Virus record (IMG/VR): IMGVR_UViG_3300045988_095776
Location: 15,135 to 79,134 of that record
DNA: 64,000 bases
Direction: 5' to 3' (one strand)
Source: a virus
Below are positions 56,550 through 64,000 of the stretch, piece by piece. Below the pieces are notes generated by a model. That model searched no databases and was not told the origin of the DNA. It was given only the letters and a program-made list of their open reading frames with translations. Position 1 is the stretch's first letter. Each line of letters opens with the position of its first letter. The position numbers and the translations under genes were made by a program.

Positions 56550-56759
56550 ATGATTAAAATTTTAGTTCCTGGAACATTAAAAAGAATAAAATGTGGAAAA
56601 TGCGGAGCATTGTTGCAGTACGATGAAAAAGAAGATGTTAAAGAAGAAAACATAGAGAAGCATTTTGCTACAAATATGCCATCTGGATTCGGGTACAAGC
56701 AAAAATACATTATATGCCCGCAGTGTAAGAACAAAATCATTTTAAGTTCGATCAGATAG
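56550..56759 (+). CDS. Zn-ribbon protein
   Basis: CGKCGA...CPQCKN. Confidence 0.45.
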   Translation: MIKILVPGTLKRIKCGKCGALLQYDEKEDVKEENIEKHFATNMPSGFGYKQKYIICPQCKNKIILSSIR

Positions 56760-56771
56760 GAGAATATTACA

Positions 56772-57011
56772 ATGATTAAAAAACTTTGCAATTTCTACAT
56801 CAGACGAAAAACCAAAAATCTTACACGGATTCCATTATTCACAATGACGTTCAACTGGAAGAAATTCCAGAAAGACGGTAAAAAGGATAGTTGTTTACTA
56901 TATGTATTGCATCCAGATATCGCAAACGATTTGATTTTGCGTAGAAAACTGTCTGAATGCGTAGATTATATTCGAGATAACTACGACATGGAAATATTCA
57001 CAAAAATTTAG
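56772..57011 (+). CDS. hypothetical protein
   Basis: 79 aa with an AGGAG RBS. Confidence 0.45.
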   Translation: MIKKLCNFYIRRKTKNLTRIPLFTMTFNWKKFQKDGKKDSCLLYVLHPDIANDLILRRKLSECVDYIRDNYDMEIFTKI

Positions 57012-57025
57012 TGGGAGGGAACCAG

Positions 57026-57367
57026 ATGCAAATAGGAGATTTAGAAAAATGGAGCATAGATCAACTCAAAATTGAAGTTGTTAGGTTGTCGACAGTGTGC
57101 GAGAAGAAACAACATGAAATTTTAGACAAAAATGATAAAATCAATGATCTTCAGGCTGAACTGGATAAAATGTGCGCTTATAACAACGAGTTAAAAAGAC
57201 AGGTGGACGAAAAGACAGATACGCCATTTTATGACGAATCTGTAGAAATCGCAAAATGCCACAGACAGCATCAGGACGATTGCATTACGATTAATCAGTT
57301 GCATACAACACTTGACGTTCTGATTGACCGATACGCAAATCTGAGAAAGGTTCGCGGGCTGAGCTGA
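57026..57367 (+). CDS. coiled-coil protein
   Basis: ATG 57026 after GGGAGGGA. Confidence 0.45.
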   Translation: MQIGDLEKWSIDQLKIEVVRLSTVCEKKQHEILDKNDKINDLQAELDKMCAYNNELKRQVDEKTDTPFYDESVEIAKCHRQHQDDCITINQLHTTLDVLIDRYANLRKVRGLS

Positions 57368-57368
57368 T

Positions 57369-57509
57369 ATGAAAAAAGAAAAAGACAGTCGTTCAGAATG
57401 GGAAAAGCAGTTAAAACAAGACCAATTTGAAGATATTATTAAATTCGCAAAAGAACATCCAGATGAATATAAAAAAGCTGTATTCGAAGAATATCCATGG
57501 GGTAAGTAA
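57369..57509 (+). CDS. small protein (46 aa)
   Basis: ATG immediately after the previous stop. Confidence 0.3.
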   Translation: MKKEKDSRSEWEKQLKQDQFEDIIKFAKEHPDEYKKAVFEEYPWGK

Positions 57510-57510
57510 T

Positions 57511-57753
57511 ATGTTACTGGTTTATTCAGGTTCAGACATTGATTTTCTTGACACCACATACAATATTGAGGAAGAATGCCACAGAATGAATATTCCGACT
57601 AGGTTCTATCCAGACAGACGCTTGCTTCTAGCAGGGAATACGACCGTAATATACAACCAAATGGGAAATCTTTCTAAAACATGGAAAGCAGATTACATCG
57701 GAGATAATTATTTGACGATTTTGACATTGATCAGAAAGGATAACGGTAAATGA
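57511..57753 (+). CDS. hypothetical protein
   Basis: ATG 57511, in the frame of the track ORF 57427..57753. Confidence 0.4.
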   Translation: MLLVYSGSDIDFLDTTYNIEEECHRMNIPTRFYPDRRLLLAGNTTVIYNQMGNLSKTWKADYIGDNYLTILTLIRKDNGK

Positions 57754-57983
57754 GCATTAAAACAGCACTTGAATCTGAGGGGATAGATTTCTCTCAGGTA
57801 ATGAACCCACCGGAGCCGTGGGACGGACGGGCATTAATAAAGAACATCAATGGCAAACTGTGGTATTGTTGCCCTTTTTGCGAGAAGAAAGCACTTCTGA
57901 TTAGCCCAGAGACAAAAATTCGGCATCTTAAATTGAAATGTAAGGGGAGCAACTGCAAGAAGGAGTTTGAAGTAAATGTATGA
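57750..57983 (+). CDS. Zn-ribbon protein
   Basis: CCPFCEKK...KCKGSNCKK. Confidence 0.45.
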   Translation: MSIKTALESEGIDFSQVMNPPEPWDGRALIKNINGKLWYCCPFCEKKALLISPETKIRHLKLKCKGSNCKKEFEVNV

Positions 57984-58293
57984 AAAATATGAAAATGTTC
58001 CAATAACACTTTTGCAAACAGGTGAAACCGTGTCAGCTTTGATTGAAGTCTGCATAGAGAACGGGAGAGAGATTGCTTACTTCTACGCTAATGTACTTGG
58101 ACGATTAGATTATGAGGAAACATTTGTGATACAAATAAAAGACAGAGAATTCCCGTTCATTATAAGACATTTAACCGGTTTTACAGATACGTTTCCGGTT
58201 CGTATGGAAATGTATGCCAAACAAGTAGGAGCATTCACTATTGGAAAATGGGAAAAGATATTGAGAGGTATTTTAAGTGAAAGTAAGCATTAA
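57976..58293 (+). CDS. hypothetical protein
   Basis: 105 aa. Confidence 0.45.
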   Translation: MYEKYENVPITLLQTGETVSALIEVCIENGREIAYFYANVLGRLDYEETFVIQIKDREFPFIIRHLTGFTDTFPVRMEMYAKQVGAFTIGKWEKILRGILSESKH

Positions 58294-58459
58294 ACGGATT
58301 AAATGTATTCTGACAGGCGGATGTAGATTTCGGGATTCAGCTATTTCAGAGTGCGACGATAAAGAAAAAACCTGTACCATTACGGAAACTTGCTGCAAGT
58401 GTGGGAAGAAGTATACAGCGGTATTTACTTACAAACAATTAGGGATTCCAGTGAGGTGA
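58277..58459 (+). CDS. small Cys-rich protein
   Basis: GTG start, 60 aa. Confidence 0.3.
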   Translation: MKVSIKRIKCILTGGCRFRDSAISECDDKEKTCTITETCCKCGKKYTAVFTYKQLGIPVR

Positions 58460-58470
58460 AGGGAGAGTTT

Positions 58471-58737
58471 ATGAAGAAAATATTTTTTGCTGCGTTATTA
58501 TCAATGATGCTGTTTGGATTAACAGCATGTCAATCGACAACAAAGAATTTGGGTGGGACAACCACAATAAAATTAAAACCAGGTGTAAAACTGGAAGAAA
58601 TCACGTGGAAAGAAGATGATTTGTGGTATCTTACTCGACCAATGAGAGATAACGAATCAGCCGAAACACATACATTTGACCAGTCAACTGATTTTGGTTT
58701 CGAAGGTCAAGTAATTATTATTGAGAAGAATAAATAA
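58471..58737 (+). CDS. lipoprotein (88 aa)
   Basis: Signal peptide with the lipobox MMLFGLTAC. Confidence 0.6.
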   Translation: MKKIFFAALLSMMLFGLTACQSTTKNLGGTTTIKLKPGVKLEEITWKEDDLWYLTRPMRDNESAETHTFDQSTDFGFEGQVIIIEKNK

Positions 58738-58768
58738 ACCAGTCAGAGAGCCAGAAAGGAGTGCCACT

Positions 58769-59971
58769 ATGAGCAATTTGAAGATATTTACAGAAAACAT
58801 CGAACCAGAAGCATTAAACCAGATTTATACATTGATAAAACAGCCTGCATTTTCTGAATGCAAAGTACGAATCATGCCAGATGTTCACGCAGGGGCAGGA
58901 TGTGTAATTGGTTTTACTGCCGATCTCGGAGATAAAGTAATCCCGAACATTGTTGGCGTAGACATTGGATGTGGAATGCTTACAACACAAATTCCTGCTG
59001 ACGTTGGAACAATAGATTTTAAAATTCTCGACGAAGTAATAAGAAACAATGTTCCGGCAGGAAGAAACGTACGTGACGAAATCATAAATTTTGAAGAATT
59101 AGAAGAACTTCATTGTTTTTCTCGACTCAAAAATATTGAATGGATTCGCAGGAGCCTTGGTACACTTGGGGGCGGAAATCATTTCATTGAAGTTGACACT
59201 GATTCGAAAGGATTAAATTATCTTGTAATCCACACTGGGAGTCGGAATCTCGGGAAACAAGTAGCTGAAATATATCAAAAAATTGCCATAGAAGACATGC
59301 AGGGTGCAGACAAGCTCGAAACTGAAATACAAAAATTGGTGAAAGAATACAAGCGTTCTGGCAGACGCAAGGAAATCCAACATGGTATTGACGAATTAAA
59401 ACGAAAATGGAATCCAGACAAACTGGGTATTCCAAAAGAATTGTGCTACTTGACAGGAGAACACAGAAAACAATATCTGCATGATATGAAAATCTGTCAA
59501 GAATTTGCAAGAATAAACAGACGATGTATACAGAGCACCATATTTTACACTATGAATTGGGCGCTCCAAAGAAATACATGGTTTGATACAATTCATAATT
59601 ATATTGACCACGATACAAACATTGTTCGCAAAGGTGCAATATCAGCTAGACATGGTGAAAAAGTTCTTATCCCAATGAATATGCGAGACGGATGCATTAT
59701 CGCATTCGGGAAAGGAAACGAGGACTGGAATTGTTCAGCCCCGCATGGTGCAGGACGTATTATGAGCCGGTCAAAAGCAAAAGAAAACATCTCGTTAGAA
59801 GAATTTGAGAAGTCTATGAATGGGATATATACAACATCCGTTCAGAAATCTACGATTGATGAAAGCCCTATGGCCTACAAACCACCGCAAGAAATTATTG
59901 ATAACATCAAAGATACTGTAGAAATAGTTGATATTATCAAACCTATATATAACTTCAAAGCAAGTGAATAA
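58769..59971 (+). CDS. rtcB: RtcB-family RNA ligase
   Basis: MPDVHAGAGCVIGF...GVDIGCGM...GGGNHFIEVD...SAPHGAGR. ATG 58769 after AAAGGAG. Confidence 0.85.
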   Translation: MSNLKIFTENIEPEALNQIYTLIKQPAFSECKVRIMPDVHAGAGCVIGFTADLGDKVIPNIVGVDIGCGMLTTQIPADVGTIDFKILDEVIRNNVPAGRNVRDEIINFEELEELHCFSRLKNIEWIRRSLGTLGGGNHFIEVDTDSKGLNYLVIHTGSRNLGKQVAEIYQKIAIEDMQGADKLETEIQKLVKEYKRSGRRKEIQHGIDELKRKWNPDKLGIPKELCYLTGEHRKQYLHDMKICQEFARINRRCIQSTIFYTMNWALQRNTWFDTIHNYIDHDTNIVRKGAISARHGEKVLIPMNMRDGCIIAFGKGNEDWNCSAPHGAGRIMSRSKAKENISLEEFEKSMNGIYTTSVQKSTIDESPMAYKPPQEIIDNIKDTVEIVDIIKPIYNFKASE

Positions 59972-59990
59972 CAGTCAGAGAGCCACGTGA

Positions 59991-60036
59991 GAGCCAGACT
60001 AAATCCTAAAAAGAAAGGAGGTCTGGCTCTATTTTT
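59991..60036 (+). promoter_or_regulatory. hairpin enclosing the TerL Shine-Dalgarno, followed by a T-run
   Basis: GAGCCAGAC (59991-59999) pairs with GTCTGGCTC (60021-60029). AGGAGG lies in the loop, 14-16 nt from the ATG. Confidence 0.5.
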
Positions 60037-61731
60037 ATGCAAAAATTCACAGAAGGCTCGACTGAATGGTATCGGGCAATTTTAAATCAAATTATTAATG
60101 ATGATATGACGGTCTACCAAAACCAGAAAGACTGCCTTGATCTGCTGTTAAATATGAATATTGACCTTCCTTTCAAGGATAATCCAGATGCGCAACAGAT
60201 GGGAATAAAGGTAAGCCAATATGCACACAATATCGCAGAAAGGCAAGCTGCTATTACTGGAAGTGGAGATTTTGATAATATTTACTGGAAATATTTGCTG
60301 TTGGAAGCACCATGGATTTTTGAAAGCTATTTGTATTACATGGAAAAGAATAGGCCTGACAGCAAGAAGTTTTACGTTCCAAGAAAAAAGACACTTCAAG
60401 TAGTTGCCCAAGATTTACAAGATTTGGAAGAGAGAAAAATTGAGTTTTACGGTTTGTCGCTTCCAAGCCGAGTTGGGAAAAGCACCATGTGCATATTTTT
60501 TATGTCATGGATAATGGGTAGAAGACCAAATAGTCATAATGCTATGGGTGGTCACTCCGGAAAACTGGCTAAAGGATTCTATGGCGAACTACTTAATCTG
60601 ATCAATACGCAAGAATATACCTATTCAGAAATATTTCCGACTTTAAAATTGCAGAAACAGAGTGCAGATGATTTTGAAATCAATCTCGATAAACCCGACC
60701 GCTTCGCGACTATGACTTGTCGAGGAATTGAAGGAACATGGACGGGTGCTGTCGATATTTCTCCTGACGGATATTTGTATGTGGATGACCTTGTAAGAGA
60801 CAGACAGCATTCATTAAGCCCTACTCGACTGGAAAATACATATCAAGAATATCTAAACAAAATGGTTGACCGTAAAATTGATGGGGCAAGAGAGCTGATG
60901 GTTGGAACAAGATGGAATCTGTACGACCCATTAGGCAAGATTGAAAAACTCAATCGAGATAATCCGCTGTATAGGTTCCGAAAGATTCCTGCCTTGAATG
61001 ACGATGGTGAATCAAACTTCGAATATGATTATGGAGTTGGCTTTTCTACAAAGTATTATGTGGATATGAAAGCTAGACTTGATGCTAACGAATGGGAGGC
61101 TAAATATCAACAGAAACCATTTTTACGAGAAGGGATTATATTTGCAGAAGATGAATTGAGATATTACAACGGAATTCTTCCCGAAGGCGGTTTTGTTAGA
61201 AATATATCTGCTTGTGATGTGGCATGGGGTGGTGGCGACAGTTTGTCGATGCCCGTAGGAGCGGAATTTGAAAATGGAGATATTTACATTTATGACTGGA
61301 TTTTTAATACAGGTCCTAAAGAGGTGACACTTCCATTAGTTGTCGGAAGAATTATGGGGAATAAAATACAAAACATTAACTTTGAGGCAAATAATGGTGG
61401 AGATATGTACGCATATTATGTGGGCGAGCGATTGAAAGAACATATGTATTCGTGCAGTACAACCAGTACAAAAGCTCCATCAAAGCAAGCCAAAAAAGAA
61501 AAAATAAATCAATACTCAGGAGATGTGAAAAATAGATTTATATTTTTAGCCCCGAAATATCGCAGCCGAGAATATGAAAATGCCATGGAAGAATTAACCA
61601 CTTTTGTATATATTGGGGACAATGATCATGACGATGCACCTGACGGGGTAACACAACTTATGATGTCAATCACAGAAAAAAGGCTCGCAGAAGTTTCAGC
61701 AGTACAGAATCCATTTTGGGGAAGGAGATAG
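60037..61731 (+). CDS. terL: terminase large subunit
   Basis: 564 aa. Walker A-like SLPSRVGKST and Walker B YLYVDDLV, with a C-terminal nuclease-like region. Lies upstream of the portal. Confidence 0.8.
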   Translation: MQKFTEGSTEWYRAILNQIINDDMTVYQNQKDCLDLLLNMNIDLPFKDNPDAQQMGIKVSQYAHNIAERQAAITGSGDFDNIYWKYLLLEAPWIFESYLYYMEKNRPDSKKFYVPRKKTLQVVAQDLQDLEERKIEFYGLSLPSRVGKSTMCIFFMSWIMGRRPNSHNAMGGHSGKLAKGFYGELLNLINTQEYTYSEIFPTLKLQKQSADDFEINLDKPDRFATMTCRGIEGTWTGAVDISPDGYLYVDDLVRDRQHSLSPTRLENTYQEYLNKMVDRKIDGARELMVGTRWNLYDPLGKIEKLNRDNPLYRFRKIPALNDDGESNFEYDYGVGFSTKYYVDMKARLDANEWEAKYQQKPFLREGIIFAEDELRYYNGILPEGGFVRNISACDVAWGGGDSLSMPVGAEFENGDIYIYDWIFNTGPKEVTLPLVVGRIMGNKIQNINFEANNGGDMYAYYVGERLKEHMYSCSTTSTKAPSKQAKKEKINQYSGDVKNRFIFLAPKYRSREYENAMEELTTFVYIGDNDHDDAPDGVTQLMMSITEKRLAEVSAVQNPFWGRR

Positions 61732-61732
61732 T

Positions 61733-62152
61733 ATGACCACAAGAGAATATTTAGGGCAAATTCAGCGTTGCAATAAAATAATCAACAATAAGTACATAGA
61801 AATTGAGCAGCTAAAATCTCACGCAATGGGATTAAATTCATTCTCTTACGGAGAACGGGTTCAAACATCTCACAGTCATGATAAAATGGGTGACTTAGTT
61901 GCAAAGATTGTAGATTTGCAGTCTGAAATTCAAGATATCACATATGAGTATATTGAAATAAGGTCTGAAGTGGTCAGGACAATTGACTCTGTGAAAAATC
62001 CTGTGCTGTACGATATTCTGTTTAAAAAATATATTGAGGGGAAACCACTCAATATAATTGCCGATGAAGTAGGATATTCTTACCAAAGAACAAAAGAACT
62101 TCATTTGGATGCAATATCTGCTATAAAAATATTAAAAGGATTTGATTCATGA
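61733..62152 (+). CDS. DUF1492-like sigma-70 region-4-type regulator
   Basis: ERVQTSHSHDKMGDLVAKIVDLQSEI...YDILFKKYIEGKPLNIIADEVGYSYQRTKELH. Confidence 0.6.
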   Translation: MTTREYLGQIQRCNKIINNKYIEIEQLKSHAMGLNSFSYGERVQTSHSHDKMGDLVAKIVDLQSEIQDITYEYIEIRSEVVRTIDSVKNPVLYDILFKKYIEGKPLNIIADEVGYSYQRTKELHLDAISAIKILKGFDS

Positions 62153-62203
62153 ACTTCATACTGAATCGTACTTAAAAAAGTTGTATAATATAAGCTGTAA
62201 AAT

Positions 62204-62234
62204 AAGCACCAGGAAGAATCCTTGGTGCTTTTTT
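62204..62234 (+). terminator. rho-independent terminator between the DUF1492 gene and the portal
   Basis: AAGCACCAGG-aagaat-CCTTGGTGCTT followed by TTTT. Preceded by an extended -10-like TGTATAAT at 62182-62189. Confidence 0.65.
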
Positions 62235-62260
62235 CATGCAGAAAAATAGGAGGACAGGCA

Positions 62261-63748
62261 GTGGGGAGAAACAAAACAAACTTTGTTGACCTATGCCAAG
62301 GAGAATTTGGTAGAAAGACTGCCTATACTGGCGTAGACCAGATTACTCCCCAGAACGTGGCACAGGTCCTTTCTGATACAATTGGAATCCACAACAGAAA
62401 TAGAACTCTGATGGATTATCTTTACAGATATTACAAAGGCGATCAGCCAATTTTATATCGTGAAAAACTTGTTCGCCCAGAGGTTAACAATAAAGTTGTT
62501 GAGAATCATGCCCTTGAAACAGTCAAATTCAAGGCAGGACAGATATACGGAGAACCTATTCAGTATGTCTGCAAGAAGAAAAAAGCGAGTGAAAAAACAA
62601 ACGAACAAGTTGATAGGCTCAATGATTATCTGGACGAAGCCAATGCAGACGCCAGAAACATTCAGCTTGGAATATACCAGAGCGCAGTAGGAACTGCATA
62701 TAAAGCAATCCTGAGAGAGGATGAATGGACAAAGGATGGAGACTTACCGCCATTCAGAATCTTCATACCGTGTCCGTGGGATGCTTATATCGTATATTCA
62801 TCCGGAAATGGGAAACCGATGCTTTCGGTACAGATACTTAAAAACGAAGATAATCAGCAATATTATCTCTGCTATTCTTCAAAAATGTATTTCAAAATCC
62901 AGAACGGAAAGGTGACAGAATCTGGAATCAATGGTTTCGGTGGTATTCCAATTGTCGAATACCCAAATAATCACGACAGACTTTCCGACATTGAAATTGC
63001 GATCACAATGTATGACGCAATCAATAAGTATCAATCTGACAGGCTGAATGGTGTTGAGCAGTTTGTGCAAGCCCTGATGAAATTTAAAAACTGTGAGATT
63101 GACGAAGCAGAATTTGTAAAAATGATAAAACTCGGTGCTGTATCTGTAAAAGACGTCGGCAACGGAACACAATCAGACGTTGACTTAATGACTGCTGAAC
63201 TAAATCAGTCAGAAAGTCAGGTTGCTAAAGATGATATTTACAACAATATGCTGATTGTAGAAGCAATGCCGAATCGACAGAGCAATACGGGCGGAGACAC
63301 AGGAAATGCAGTGTATCTGAGAAATGGTTGGGATTTTGCAGAACGAGACGCAAAATTGGTAGAAGCGTTTACGAAAGAGGCTGAGAAAGCAACTGCCAGA
63401 ATCATTCTGAATATCATCCGAAAAACTTCAATGGATGTAAATATTTCAACCAAAGACTTTGATGTAAAAATCACCAGAAACCCGACAGATAACATGCTTG
63501 TCAAAGCACAGGCACTTGATTATCTATTCAAAAATAAAATTCATCCGCTTATTGCACTGATTACTTGTGGATTATTTAGTGATCCGCAAAAAGTATATGA
63601 AATGAGTTTGCCATATCTCGGAACTATTTATCCGGAACTGGCAAGCCCAGACGCAGAAATGCAGAAAGCACAAGAATTGATTAAAGATTTTAGTCAGAAA
63701 TCAATTCAAAATCAATCAGCAACAATTTCTTCCACTGGTGAAGAATAA
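62261..63748 (+). CDS. portal protein (SPP1 Gp6-like)
   Basis: GTG 62261, 7 nt after TAGGAGG. YRYYKGDQPILYRE motif. About 495 aa. Confidence 0.8.
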   Translation: MGRNKTNFVDLCQGEFGRKTAYTGVDQITPQNVAQVLSDTIGIHNRNRTLMDYLYRYYKGDQPILYREKLVRPEVNNKVVENHALETVKFKAGQIYGEPIQYVCKKKKASEKTNEQVDRLNDYLDEANADARNIQLGIYQSAVGTAYKAILREDEWTKDGDLPPFRIFIPCPWDAYIVYSSGNGKPMLSVQILKNEDNQQYYLCYSSKMYFKIQNGKVTESGINGFGGIPIVEYPNNHDRLSDIEIAITMYDAINKYQSDRLNGVEQFVQALMKFKNCEIDEAEFVKMIKLGAVSVKDVGNGTQSDVDLMTAELNQSESQVAKDDIYNNMLIVEAMPNRQSNTGGDTGNAVYLRNGWDFAERDAKLVEAFTKEAEKATARIILNIIRKTSMDVNISTKDFDVKITRNPTDNMLVKAQALDYLFKNKIHPLIALITCGLFSDPQKVYEMSLPYLGTIYPELASPDAEMQKAQELIKDFSQKSIQNQSATISSTGEE

Positions 63749-63907
63749 ACGTTTTTACATCAATTATTTAAGGAATCTTGGAAAACTGAGATTCCTTTTT
63801 TAATACTCAAAAATATTGCAACAGCCCGTGAGCGTAAATCGGGTGCAGATCATGTGCGGAGCGAACCGTGTGAAAAAGTGCGATGGTCTGAAAGAAAGGA
63901 GATTTCT

Positions 63908-64000
63908 ATGACAAGAGAACAGGCAAAACAGGTACTTATTGGCTTTGGAATCGAGGAACCGTCTGAAGAGCAGGTGACTAAATATCTTGATTCTGTTGAA
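63908..64000 (+). CDS. 5' end of the next head-module gene (partial)
   Basis: ATG after AAAGGAG. The frame is open to the window end. Confidence 0.45.
   Translation, partial: MTREQAKQVLIGFGIEEPSEEQVTKYLDSVE

Noticed and set aside
1-64000. Genome-wide stop-codon reassignment (TAG or TGA recoding), considered because of the in-frame TAG at 29636, the in-frame TGA at 38648 and the Gln-type tRNA oddity
   Set aside because: The large structural genes (1059-, 1637-, 564- and about 500-aa ORFs) are uninterrupted. TAA, TAG and TGA all terminate well-delimited genes here. At most there are isolated read-through or nonsense events.

Overview
This window is about 64 kb of a temperate siphovirus-type phage or prophage from a low-GC Gram-positive, Clostridia-like host. 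Nearly all genes are on the + strand and no host flanks are visible.

Gene order:
- Tail module: major tail protein, a G/GT chaperone pair with a -1 slippery site, a tape measure gene interrupted by a 323-nt group I-like intron, an 830-bp ORF-free insert, a small Dit-like protein, and a 1637-aa Tal/fibre with collagen-like and tandem repeats plus a C-terminal S74-type chaperone.
- An N-truncated tyrosine recombinase, then a GH25-CHAP-PG-binding endolysin.
- A minus-strand moron block: an orphan LytTR response regulator and a secreted Big_2 protein.
- A CI/Cro/antirepressor switch with repeated operators.
- A recombination module: SSB-like protein, SMC-like ATPase and RecT.
- A complete diversity-generating retroelement: two tandem VR-bearing targets, Avd, TR and RT.
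- MBL hydrolase, GIY-YIG nucleases, a DNA methyltransferase, a frameshifted PAPS reductase and many small Zn-ribbon ORFs.
- Replisome organizer and DnaC-like loader, then a large serine recombinase.
- A GC-rich minus-strand island.
- An RHH-controlled operon ending in a solitary Cas5-like protein.
- A TerS-like gene.
- A tRNA cluster. It holds an HNH endonuclease and a tRNA-Gln nested inside a split Gln-type tRNA, plus two ORF-free, helix-rich spacers of about 540 nt.
- RtcB RNA ligase, TerL, a DUF1492-like regulator and the portal.

The best-supported unusual items are the DGR, the tape-measure intron and the split tRNA. The weakest calls are the Cas5-like assignment and the suggested class of the large RNA candidates. 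All family assignments come from motif recognition by eye; no searches were run.
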